DNA of 63,443 bases, filler included, from Octopus bimaculoides (taxonomy: Eukaryota), in NCBI RefSeq assembly GCF_001194135.2. It is 4 parts of 4 records of this genome, joined end to end, with 100 filler letters (N's around TTAATTAATTAA, not from the genome) between each part and the next. Parts side by side here need not be neighbours in the genome. Positions count along the whole stretch, not along the records: positions 1 to 22,909 come from NC_068984.1; positions 23,010 to 44,809 come from NC_068983.1; 2 more parts are not named here. One strand, written 5' to 3'. Below, one piece after another: positions 12,447 to 25,297 of the stretch. Position 1 is the stretch's first letter; each line of letters begins with the position of its first letter. The notes beneath the pieces were generated by a model. That model was given only the letters and a program-made list of their open reading frames with translations, searched no databases and was not told where the DNA came from. Made by a program: the position numbers and the translations under genes.

Positions 12447-13547
12447 CACCTTATATATTTTTTTCTAATATTCATATCGATAATATCTAACAATACTAAT
12501 AACAGTGTAAATCCTATATTGCGAAGAAAATCGCTTTGCATTTTGTACGATTCCAACTAATGCTGATAAAGAGAATGCAAATTACACCATAACTGTTATC
12601 AGCGTAATCAAAAATAACATACCTGTACACTGGCAAGCAAACACTTACATATACTTGTTTAAAAAATAATACCTGCAAAAATAGTGAGAGTCCAAACATA
12701 AACATGAAAAGCTTGCATGCTCCACTTGCACCACGTTTTGACATTTCCTTTCTACAGAACACTCAGAACGTAAGAGGGAAATATAAAATATATGAATGAG
12801 TTCGATAATTGAAAAATTCACTGACTTAATTCTAATCCTTCGAGGTTTGAACGAATAAAAGTACTCAATAATATGTTCAAATGCACCACATCGCCAGAGA
12901 CTGGAAACTGAGGAAAGTCATAATTTTAGTTTCACATAACCCCATAAGAAATATGATCACACAGACCCATGACCTGCTGCAGAATACCGCTTTTGACACC
13001 CTAATCCAAAATATTCACCTCACCAAATTATATCATGAAAATCTTTGATCTTAGATCTCTATAATTATATAGTTTGGTCAACCAACAGAGATGTACGTAA
13101 CTAGGCTAGATACTGAAAATATATCTAAATTACCATATCACACCAAATAATTCTTCACTGCCCTTACTGGTTATGGATGTATTCAGGATGGCCGGGAACT
13201 AAGCAGAGACGCAACATATCCGAATGGAGAGACATGGTGTCTCCGGTGTAACAAATTTGGCATAAAACAAGGGCAATAACTCGAGAATTGCAACACCAAT
13301 TTTCTTATTGTAAATATTTATCTATGCTTTAGAAGTTTAACTTATGGCTTATTCATGCATATAGAATATTTTAATCACGCGTGTATATTTATGCATAGGT
13401 GCTTTCTAAACAATAGCATATCACTAAATTCGACTCTTAATATTTCCCCATAACATCATGCCATAGAAATCTACCATAGAGCTAATTATCATTCAACAGA
13501 TATTACTTGTGTTCCATACCGTTTTCATGTGCAATTACAGAGTAAAC

Positions 13548-14575
13548 ATGGCCGCTCCTCTGGTAGTGTACAACAAGAAAAGATAGAGATCTGTGATCAA
13601 ATTTCTCTGGTTTGAAAGTGTGTCAAGGCCTGAAATTCCGCAGGCTTTAAGTAAATATTGGTAGAATTATGTATGAGTAGTTTGAAAAGTTTGTAAATGG
13701 CTGGACAAGCCTGAAACACAAAGAGGTAATAGGAATCCAATCAGTCTCCTCCACTGACTGAAGAATCAACAAGCTGGAGAAATTGTTCTGGCGAACCAAC
13801 GAGTAAACATTGATGAGATAGCATGTTCTCTTCAAATTAGTGATTGTTTTGCAAACGAAATCTTCAACAGTAAACTTCGCTTCCGTAAATTCTGTGCGAG
13901 ATTCGTACCAAGTGACGTTACCGAACTGCATAGGTACAATCATAGGTACAACGCTTACTCAACTGCCATGATGATGAAAGCAAAGCTTTTTGGTAGAGAA
14001 TAGTCACAGGTGATGAGACCTGGTTCCATTACTCTGATGAAGAATCCCGAAGTATGGACAGAAATCACACTAAATCACCTGCCTAAAAGTAGTTCAAGAC
14101 ACAAACTTCCCCAGAAAAATTGATATGTTTTCGTGATGGAGAAGAGTCTACACTGGAATATTACTTGGAGAAAGGTCTACAGTCACCAGTGTTGTCTACG
14201 GTGAAATATTGTCCAACAAACTGAAACCAGTAATTCGCACCAAACACCGAGGTTTGTTGTCAAAGCAAGTGTTATTGTTGCATGACAATGCACGCCCACA
14301 CATGGTTAACCACACTGTTAGAACCAATGGAAATTCGAGTTTTGAGATGCAGGAACAGCCTGCATGTAGCACAGATTTCGCATCTTTCGACTATCACCGC
14401 TTTGGGCTATTCAAACACTCTTCAGGAGTTCGACAATTTGCTACAGACGAAGTGCAGGAAGCGGTGCATACAAGACTGCGTCACCAGCCTAAAACCTTCT
14501 CCGACTGATAAGCAAGCTTGTGGTCGACTGGAAGAGGTGCATCAAAATGTGTGTCAAGTATATCGAAAATTATGA
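13548..14575 (+). mobile_element. Mariner (Tc1/mariner, DD34D-type) transposase pseudogene
   Basis: Starts MAAPL. RIVTGDETWFHY at 13997-14032, LLLHDNARPH at about 14272-14301, and CSTDFASFDY (decayed YSPDLAPSDY). Many stops and frameshifts; TIRs not recognised. Confidence 0.92.
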
Positions 14576-16287
14576 AACTTTTAAATCTCTGCGTTTCTGT
14601 TAATAAATTACAGAAACACACGCATACACACACACACACACACACACACACATAAACACACANNNNNNNNNNNNNNNNNNNNNNNNNNNNNNNNNNNNNN
14701 NNNNNNNNNNNNNNNNNNNNNNNNNNNNNNNNNNNNNNNNNNNNNNNNNNNNNNNNNNNNNNNNNNNNNNNNNNNNNNNNNNNNNNNNNNNNNNNNNNNN
14801 NNNNNNNNNNNNNNNNNNNNNNNNNNNNNNNNNNNNNNNNNNNNNNNNNNNNNNNNNNNNNNNNNNNNNNNNNNNNNNNNNNNNNNNNNNNNNNNNNNNN
14901 NNNNNNNNNNNNNNNNNNNNNNNNNNNNNNNNNNNNNNNNNNNNNNNNNNNNNNNNNNNNNNNNNNNNNNNNNNNNNNNNNNNNNNNNNNNNNNNNNNNN
15001 NNNNNNNNNNNNNNNNNNNNNNNNNNNNNNNNNNNNNNNNNNNNNNNNNNNNNNNNNNNNNNNNNNNNNNNNNNNNNNNNNNNNNNNNNNNNNNNNNNNN
15101 NNNNNNNNNNNNNNNNNNNNNNNNNNNNNNNNNNNNNNNNNNNATATATATATATATATATATATATATATACGTACATATAAACAACGAAAAGCGTGTG
15201 GGACATAATTAAATGTGTACTAACGAATGACAGACTCGACCTGTTGGAAAATTTTATTGTTAATGGTGCGTTCTCATTATTTAATAAATTTGGAGGAGTG
15301 ATACATTGGTAACTGGATGACTTAGATGAACTAATGTCCTCCAGTATGAAACAACTTACAATGATTTTAATAACAAGGGTAAGTAGAGAGAAATTGTGGA
15401 ACGTATGGTGCTGACAGTAACATGTCTCGAACATAGACAGTATCATAGATAGAATACACCACTCGAAGATGATTAGATGGACATTATCAAAAACTGTGTC
15501 CTAGTTATTTTGAAGAAGTCACAGATGCTTCACACACTTCATGCTATAATTGTATATTGTGGTGTGTGTGTTGGGTTTGAATTAATTAAGCGCGATTCAC
15601 CTAACAAGGAGCAAAATGTATTTGCACATTCAGAAATACGGCTTCGTAGTATCGCTGTCATTCAGACCATTCTTTATCAAATTTCTATGCCTTCCTCAAG
15701 GTAAATTCGTTTTCTCATGGCTTGACATCTACATCAAGAGTTCTGTGACTATCCATACTTTCACTATCGGCTTGATGTGCAAAATAATGCTTCCTGCGAT
15801 ACACAGGCCTCATCCATTCTCTGTGTGTTGACGTGATATCGAAGGTGCTAAGGAGCTATTATTTAAAGACCTCTATATGGTTACCAATTTTCCTGCACAG
15901 CACATTTTCCACATTGCTAGGCAAGAAGATGAGGTAGATTTGCTTCAGAACCTGCACTGGGAAAAGCATGGAAGTTGTTCATGGGTCTTGATATAGCTAT
16001 TTCTAAAATGACATTTCATTCAATATTATTTTCATTTTTCGTAAAACTTTATGTTGCATACATATGTGTGTTGAAAGAATTCCAGACAATGAAATAATAT
16101 GAAATAAGAACAATAATAAACGACTGAAAACGAATATATAGTGTGTGTGTTTATGAGGCAATAAAGAAAGAACAATATGTGTTATATCAATATATAACAA
16201 TGTGTTTGAACACACGATTTTATATCACGAATCTTGGAAAATAAATTCATAGACGTAATCTTAACATCTTTTAACACTACCCCTGGT

Positions 16288-16508
16288 AAGGCAGTGAGCT
16301 TTGCAGAATCGTTAGCACTCCGGACAAAACGCTTAGCGGCATTTTGTCGTTCCTTATCTTTCTGAGTGGAATTTCCACTAAGGTCAACTTTACAATTCAT
16401 AATTTCAGTATTGATAACATAAGTACCAGTCGAGCGCTGGTGTCGATGTAATTGACGTACCCTTCCACCTAAATTGCTGGACTCGTGCTAACAACTGAAA
16501 TCAATATT
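16288..16508 (+). mobile_element. Diverged SINE family C with alternative tail
   Basis: aaggcagtgagct..gcagaatcgttagcactccggacaaaacgcttagcggcattt...gtcgatgtaattgac...ttgctggactcgtgcta. Confidence 0.7.
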
Positions 16509-16914
16509 AACCATTGTGCCTATGTTTGAAAACGTATGCTTCCAAACTTACATGTCATAATGCGTTTAGAATTTTAATAATGTAGTTAATACGTGATGGT
16601 ACAGTTAATATATCGATAAGGTGCAGCTCTCTCGACGGATGATATACGACTACCTTATCAATGAAGAAACGTACTATATATTTCCTTACGTTCTTAAAGG
16701 GGATCTAATGAAGTTTGTGTCCTTTACATTGAAATATCTTTCCTTTACACAGATAACTACATATATGTGGTTGTGATAAACGTGTACCGTATATGTATGC
16801 ATGTGTGATTATATGTATGTGCATATACATATGTGTGTGTGTGTGTATGTATATGTATGTGTGCGTCTGTGTGCGTGTATTCTTTTGTGCGTAGGTGAGT
16901 GCATGCGCATGCGC

Positions 16915-16948
<34 letters not shown>

Positions 16949-17606
16949 TAATCAACATATTTACGCACACAAGTGAATGACTGTTACAGTGTCCTGCTCA
17001 ATAGTGTTTGAAAGGGAAATAATCATAATATTATAGAAGAAAAAAAACCGAGGACATAAGTGTGATTAAACAAGGTGCATAACGTTTCATTCCGCCTCTT
17101 GTCCCAAAACGTGAGTTATATCTATATGAACTTAATAATCACCAACTTACTATTGTACAACCACCGATCAAACGATATCAATCACCACCGAGTTGTGTGT
17201 GATTATTGCAATTGTCTTCGGTATACGATGAAAGACAAACATTTCTATTTCCGTTGCTGCCGTTCTTATTGTGCATTCTTTACAATATTCCTCCAAAGAG
17301 AGCGATACATTTCCCAATATTGCTTTTCCAATAATTAACTTTGATTTTTCCACAAACGTCGTGTGTGAGAATACGATAAATATAATTTAGAAACACAAAT
17401 ATAGAATGCAAATTCGAAGAATATATATATTCACAAATATAGGCAAACAAATATATAAACGTATATAATTTTTTGTCTAGCCACCTGTGTATTATTAGTC
17501 GGCATACATATATGTGCTATATGTTTCTGTGCTTATGCCTACCAATGTGTGTCTTAATCACTTTTCTCCCTACACACACACACACACACATATATATATA
17601 TGAAGT

Positions 17607-17611
<5 letters not shown>

Positions 17612-17642
<31 letters not shown>

Positions 17643-17753
17643 GGGAGCGAGATAGATGAATGGTAAATAGACAGATACATAGTAAGTTAGGTAGGAAGGA
17701 AGGTAGGTAGGTAGGTAGGTAGGTAGGTAGGTAGGTAGGTAGCTTGATAGGTT

Positions 17754-17827
<74 letters not shown>

Positions 17828-17840
17828 AAAGATAGATAGA
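17612..17840. repeat. (AG)n, (AGGT)n and (AGAT)n microsatellites
   Basis: Directly visible. Confidence 0.95.
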
Positions 17841-18210
17841 TGAATATTCATACCGAACAGTGAGAATGAGCACTACATACGGCAGTGGTGAATCAATATC
17901 CTATATTTGTGGGCTAACTAGATTACTATTGGTTTCATGCCGGAAATTCGCAACATAAGCCTGCCGCATCGGGCGTTGATACATGCCTCCATCTCCAATA
18001 GGAATACAACGAAGCTACAAGAGACTGAGCGGTATTTTATAATAAACAAATAAATATGCAGATCAGAAGCAGCTACACCTTATTGCTATCTTCCTTTCTA
18101 TTAGTTCTGTCTACTTACAAATTTATATATATATATATATTATTATGATTGACCGTTGACTGAACACTATTCAATTTTTTTTCTCCGTGTTTTTCTCCTT
18201 GTCTCCGTAT

Positions 18211-18247
18211 TCTTTCTGTTGAAGAGCGTAGCTCGAAACGTCAAAGA
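18211..18247 (+). ncRNA. Type I hammerhead-like motif with variant core CUGUUGA, within a repeat (about 18180-18336) related to 46258-46395
   Basis: tcttt-CTGTTGA-a-gagc(gta)gctc-GAAAC-GTC-aaaga: stem I 5 bp, stem II 4 bp, ACGU palindrome, GUC site. A6 is replaced by U. Confidence 0.6.
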
Positions 18248-20030
18248 CTTTCCGTATTCCCGAGCGTCATACTAATATATACTTTTGTTATTTACACCAC
18301 CTGTCCTCGTCTGTTGTTATTTTTTGTATATTCTCCNNNNNNNNNNNNNNNNNNNNNNNNNNNNNNNNNNNNNNNNNNNNNNNNNNNNNNNNNNNNNNNN
18401 NNNNNNNNNNNNNNNNNNNNNNNNNNNNNNNNNNNNNNNNNNNNNNNNNNNNNNNNNNNNNNNNNNNNNNNNNNNNNNNNNNNNNNNNNNNNNNNNNNNN
18501 NNNNNNNNNNNNNNNNNNNNNNNNNNNNNNNNNNNNNNNNNNNNNNNNNNNNNNNNNNNNNNNNNNNNNNNNNNNNNNNNNNNNNNNNNNNNNNNNNNNN
18601 NNNNNNNNNNNNNNNNNNNNNNNNNNNNNNNNNNNNNNNNNNNNNNNNNNNNNNNNNNNNNNNNNNNNNNNNNNNNNNNNNNNNNNNNNNNNNNNNNNNN
18701 NNNNNNNNNNNNNNNNNNNNNNNNNNNNNNNNNNNNNNNNNNNNNNNNNNNNNNNNNNNNNNNNNNNNNNNNNNNNNNNNNNNNNNNNNNNNNNNNNNNN
18801 NNNNNNNNNNNNNNNNNATATATATGTATGTATGTATGTATGTATATGTATGTATGTATATGTATGTATGTATATAAATACAGAGATAGATAGTTAGACA
18901 GACAGACAGCTAGATAGAGTAATCATGCTCACTAGATGTACTCATATATGTACTAAATAACAATTTGTGCATCTTACTTAAAAAGTTATATCTTTGAAAG
19001 CCAGACAGACTGACGTTTTTGTCCAGAAGCAGCACCACGTATAGACGGAGAGTGCTAAAAGCACAGAAATACATCTTTAGCAGACGAAAATCGTCCAGCA
19101 GCGGTGGCGTAGTCGCCAAGTATGGGTTATCAGACTATGTGGTTTCGTTAGTAACAAGTATTAACTGGCAAACCCATTCGAAAAAAAAAATAATAGAATT
19201 CCGCTACTGTTATAATAATTTAGTGCAAGCAAAAGCATTGATATCTTAAATAAGCGGTATCTGTGTGAGCGGAAAGAAGCTCTGCTTTTCGTAAGGACGG
19301 GGACATTTTCGGTAATATTTGTTGTAGCATCTAACATATAGTGTCGTTAAAGCAGATTAATATTATTTTTCACGTACTCGTATGAATATCATATGTACAT
19401 GCATCTATGCCTTTATGTATCACTGCGCATGCATCGAAGGATACATATGTTCTATTAATTGCATATGTATTTATTAATGTTAGAAAGCCTGTGTGCTTTT
19501 GCTGAAACATGTCTTGTCCAAGACAAAAACATTTAGATGAAAATTTCTGGAGAAAGATTTACGTGATGAATGATGGATAGTTGAATGAGCTATGTAAATA
19601 CTTTAGAGATTCATAGGTTTGTGTAATCTGTAAAACTGGTAAGGTTTAAGGTAATATCTTCATGGCTGACGTTTTAAAAACGTTGTTGATGATGATATGT
19701 TTTTTTATGTTGAAGCTACGTTTTATATTAATATGTCTGCATTTTAAGAATGACAACATCATGTTTAGAAAGGCTTCCGTTAATGTAGGAGAATTTGGAG
19801 TGCAAGGCTTCCAGTAGAAAAAGACCGACGATAGATTCATTTTTCACTTAAATGAAATGCGACTATGATAAAATGATGTGGATGTGAAAGAAAGTGCATT
19901 GTAGTATTACATTAATGTTACGTAGTTGCTAAAAATCTATTGGCTAAATGTGAATCTTTTAAGAGTAACTTTCAATTTAAAAGTAGCATTTGTTGTCGAA
20001 TGGTGTGGAATAGTAGTATTTTTGTTATAT

Positions 20031-20220
20031 GGACATGAGCCAGTTGATGATCAACATAGCGCAGTTTCATGGTATAAAGTAGTTAATTTGATTGCAAGTT
20101 AGATTCATGATTATTATTTTCTCGTGGACATGAGCCAGTTGATGATCGACATAGTGTAGTTTCATAGCATAAAGTAGTTGCTTTGATTACAAGTTATATT
20201 TATGATAATTACTTTCTCGT
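20031..20220. repeat. Tandem duplication, 95-bp unit, 2 copies
   Basis: ggacatgagccagttgatgatc.acatag... at 20031 and 20126; both units end in ttctcgt. Confidence 0.93.
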
Positions 20221-21174
20221 TCATTAATGCTCTGAGCTGACAGGAGATTGCTGTGTTCTTTAAACAAATATAACATTTGGTATCATGAAATTTGCAGAGT
20301 TTCATCCAAACTCTTACATTGATTATAGACATAATGCACTCTCCTAACGGCATATCGTGCACCGAGAACAAAGAGTAAGTGTATGGCACTACACATTATA
20401 AGACACAAACCAGATAGAAAATCGTTTGGAAAAAAGACATCTCCACTCCGGATGATTTGTACTGTTTATGAACATCCACTATGAACTTTTGCATTCCTGT
20501 TTAATTATATTTATACTCACTTCTGTATAATTCTTGTCTGAGCACTAGTTGTCTGGTGGGAAGTGATTTTTAGGTGCTTTGGTTGTTATTTGTTTGAAAT
20601 GAGCGTAACTGTGAAAAGATTCCCTTGTAGGTAGGTCGTAAGGAGATCACTTACTTCATGCCATTTCTGATTCTGCAGATTTATGAGAGGGTGTTTTCTG
20701 GGTTTTTTTTTATTTCTCTTCACTGTAACAATATACTTAAAACAGCAATATCCAATGTGACATTTTCTCAGTCGAAACATTACCATTTGAGGGAAAATCT
20801 ACTATTTCTAGCAGAGTAAGCAACTACGCTGAACCTCCATTTTTGACTCATAAATATGACTGAACTAATAGCTTTGATAACAGAATTTAGTTATGTTTCT
20901 CTCAGTTACATCACCAGTAGCTATTACAAAATCCATTTAACAAGATCAATTAACAATCACTGCTAAATATCTTAAGCTGTATCTCGTACGTCTTGGAACA
21001 AAGTACTGGCGGTAATTCTCTCATTGTATACGGAACTCATGACGGTGCTGGCATGCGCTGACAATTGAAATATATCTGATTTATGTTTCGAAATTTTCAG
21101 CTTAGAACTTGTTTCTGTTCTTCCACATTAAGAGTAATAATCATAATACATTAGTGTGGATACTGTTGATGCGG

Positions 21175-21243
<69 letters not shown>

Positions 21244-21253
21244 TCACTACTAC

Positions 21254-21486
21254 TTATTTCTTTACTACCCACAAGGGGCTAAACATAGAGAGGACAAACA
21301 AGAACAGACAAAGGTATTAAGTCGATTACATCGACCCCAGTGCGTAACTGGTACTTAATTTATCGAACTCGAAAGGATGAAAGGCAAAGTCGACCACGGC
21401 AGAATTTGAACTCAGAACGTAACGGCAGACGAAATACCGGTAAGCATTTCGCCCGGCGTGCTAGCGTTTCTGCCAGCTCGCCGCCT
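21254..21486 (-). mobile_element. SINE family C, near full length, embedded in a (CTA)n array
   Basis: Reverse complement aggcggcgagctggcagaaacg...gttctgagttcaaattctgccgtggtcgactttgcc...gggtagtaaagaaataa. (CTA)n at about 21175-21253 and 21488-21556. Confidence 0.9.
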
Positions 21487-21491
21487 TACTA

Positions 21492-21557
<66 letters not shown>

Positions 21558-22271
21558 GGTGGTGGTGGTGGTGGTTGTGGTGACTTTGGAGGCTGTGGTA
21601 GTAATGCGGTGCCGATGGTAGCAAGAGTTTCAAAAGGAATGTGATCAGGTTGCCTACTCGTAGGTATTCAATAACCACTATTTCAGTTTTATAAACGAAT
21701 AATTTCAATTAACTAGTCAGCATTAAATATGTAATGAAAGAAGAGAAAAAAAAACGAAAACAAAAAGAGAAATAGATAAAGCAAAATTAAGGGAAAAAAA
21801 GGACATCGTTTCGAAATTTTAGCTTGATAATTTCAAATATTGCCTTAGGTATAGAGAAGAGAGAAATTACAAACATAGATCTTGTTTAATATTGACTCAT
21901 TTCATGTGAAATGAAATATGAAAAGGAAAAAATTTGAGAGATATATATACAGAGAAAGTGAGTGAGGTTTGATGAGAGGAAGAAGTTAGTGAGAAAATCA
22001 GTGAGTTGAAGTTGAAGAGAGAACAAATAGAAAAATCAATGATGGATGGAAGGAGAGGAAATGGATTCGGTAAAGAAAGCAAGAGAATCTTCTTATGCTG
22101 GGAACAACGCAACGTGAATACTAACAAACTAACAATTACCCATACAGACATTCTGCATACACTGATCTAATATATATATATATATATATATAAATATATA
22201 CATATAAAGACAACTCAGGCATATATACACATACATGCCCATGCATGTACACAATTTTTATGTATGTATGC

Positions 22272-22302
<31 letters not shown>

Positions 22303-22321
22303 TGTATGTATGTATGTGTGC

Positions 22322-22377
<56 letters not shown>

Positions 22378-22859
22378 CTGTGTGTGATTTTTCACTGTGT
22401 GTTTGTGTATGATATATAAATGTATATAAATACATGCATAAAATATATGCACATATAGTACACGCACCCACACTCAAACACACACACGCATATATACATA
22501 TATATAGAGATAGAGACACACACACTCATAAACATACACACATTATCTGATGAGCTTGTGTGTCTGAATGCATACATGTATAATGATGATTATATGAATG
22601 TATATTTACCAATATATAGCTGCGACGTATAGATGCATGCAGTTATTGCTTAAATTCGTTTAACTATCACACTAGCTGTCATTTCTCGCCTAGCTATTTT
22701 CTCGTGCTAAAATATCATTTAATCTTCCTGCTTATGTAAAAGAAAGATTATAGATTTAGTTTTCTCGAAATTTCACATAAGCAAATGAGTAGTTCTCAGT
22801 ATCATTTTCTCCCACTCTTCGCCAATATCATATATTCTCTCTCTCTCTATCATTCTCTA

Positions 22860-22909
<50 letters not shown>

Positions 22910-25177
22910 NNNNNNNNNNNNNNNNNNNNNNNNNNNNNNNNNNNNNNNNNNNNTTAATTAATTAANNNNNNNNNNNNNNNNNNNNNNNNNNNNNNNNNNN
23001 NNNNNNNNNATATATATATATATAACTATATATACATATAGATATGTGTGTGTGAGTGTGTGTGTGTGTAGAGAAGGAGATGATATTCGACTCCTTCTAA
23101 AGCGAACTTATTTCTACGTTTTTTCAGATAGCGATTAGAGTGTGCATAGAAAATTTACTACACCTGTTTGTGCTCACACCGTTACATCCTAACTGTGAGA
23201 GAGGGTTTCTATTTGCAACATTGCGAATGTCAATAAGAGGGACCTTACCAACTGAGGTATACGCTGTGAGCCAAAGAAAAAACAAAGCTAAAATTATTCC
23301 TGATTATGTCATATTGTTCGCTCCATTTTTCATGAAAGTATGACTATTGGAAATTTAGCGAAGATAAATCGAAAAATAGTTATCAGAAAATCGTGAATGG
23401 GTATTCTCTGAAAGTTTCGTACATCTGAGGCTACAATAAGAAAACTGACCAAGATAGCCACTCCAGACTTCTACTTCAGGAATCCAGATATATGCTAACT
23501 AGGCCAGCATTCATGAAGTGTTCAGTCATCCTGAAGCTAAAGTTATCTCCTTTCCCGTAAATAAATGAAAGTGGCTTCTGAATAAATAAATACATAAAAC
23601 GCTAACTAGTAGATACTTTTCAAAATCGCACATAATAATGTAAACGATAATTAAAACCCGATCCACAGCGTCTATTGGGATGTTATAGGTATATGAGACC
23701 TTACATTAACAGGTCACTAAATTTGAGAATGATTATAACTGAAAAAATATGCACCCATCTTAGATCAAAAACTATACAAAGGTTTTAAACTCTATATTTA
23801 ACATCTGCACTAGATATATGCATCTTGAAAACTTTATGTAATTTGAATAAAAGTCCCTTGCTTAATTGAATTTGATAAACAGACAAATGTATTTTAGACT
23901 TTTACCAATCGACTTCCTCTAATATGCAGAGTATTACAATACCAAATGAAACCGCATGAAGCATATTATTCATTTTAACAGGCAAATATATATAGCCTAT
24001 AATCCTGTTCCCTTCCAAGAAGTTTTAAAAAAATTATCTAATATTTCATATATTTTCACGGAGTGGGTATATAACGTTAGCCTTACAGAATTATGCAGTG
24101 CAATATTTAGAAACCGACCGCACTACTGCGCTATGTACATAAGCTACTTTAAGTAGCTCACATAAAACGTTTATATTCATTAAAATTAAACTATCATAGA
24201 ATCCATTGCTATATCACAGAATACACGCAAACTAAAAAGATGCAAATGCGTGTGTATGCGCATACATGTACATAAGTTCTTACATGTGTTTGTTTTTCTT
24301 TGAAAATGGTTGTCAGTTTACATCCTGTAAATTAAAGTTTCGGAAAAAATACTGAGAGATTAAATGGAAGTTCGATGTGATCAAAGAGAAAGTAAACGAA
24401 TGGCCCCAGTAGGATTACATTCCAATCCCTGCTAAAAATAAGAAGATAGAAGACTCTACAACCTACGGTATTTCCTAAGGTGCTCTTGTTTTCAGTTCAA
24501 ATCCTGTCGAGATAATATTTCATTTCCTTCCTTCTGGGGTCGAGCAAATAACGTGCTAGTCACATATTGAGATGAATTTATTAGACAGGCGATGGCGATT
24601 TCGATGATGATGATGACGACGACGATGAACAGGATGATAGTGATGATGGCTGTGATTTTCACGATGCTAACGGTGTTTATGCAAATTCAGCTACTGCTGC
24701 TAATGATAATAATGATGACGATGGCGATAACGACGACGATGACAACGACGACGACGAAAACATCAGAGTTCATTGCAATGATGGTTGATAATGATGGTTA
24801 GACAAATGCTCAGAGATGCTGATAGTTACAATATTGCGAATGTCAATGTCATTGAGATGATGATCATACGTGTTGTTTCTATAGTAGTGAATGTTGATAC
24901 TCTGGTCGTTTGCATCTTCACAAAAAATACTATCCCTCCTTGTTTTCCAATACTGTGTATTGGGAAGTATAACATCTATATTGCTCTCTGTTTGTTTTAA
25001 TGTAATTATAATGATGACAGTCAATGCATATTAATGTAAATATGAATATCAATGTAATATTTCTTTGTAATGATGTAGGCACCTACAATACATGTGCTTC
25101 TCTTGTTTACCTCTAGGTTTTAAGTAAACCAACTGATCTAGGAAGAAAATCTTACCTGACATCATGGTCAAGCATTC

Positions 25178-25206
25178 AACGAGATTCCCACTGTCCCTAT
25201 CTACTG

Positions 25207-25241
<35 letters not shown>

Positions 25242-25248
25242 CGGATCG

Positions 25249-25288
<40 letters not shown>

Positions 25289-25297
25289 TTTTGTGAG
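25178..25297 (+). rRNA. 28S (LSU) rRNA gene fragment, about 120 bp, non-functional
   Basis: aacgagattcccactgtccctatctactgtctagcgaaaccacagccaagggaacgggcttgg...gcggggaaagaagaccctgttgagcttgactctagt is a universally conserved eukaryotic LSU segment; flanks are not rDNA. Confidence 0.93.

Noticed and set aside
22954-22965. ttaattaattaa islands inside N-runs (also 44854-44865 and 57085-57096)
   Set aside because: Identical 12-mer centred in ~100-bp gaps, giving TAA in all six frames: an artificial scaffolding spacer, not biology.
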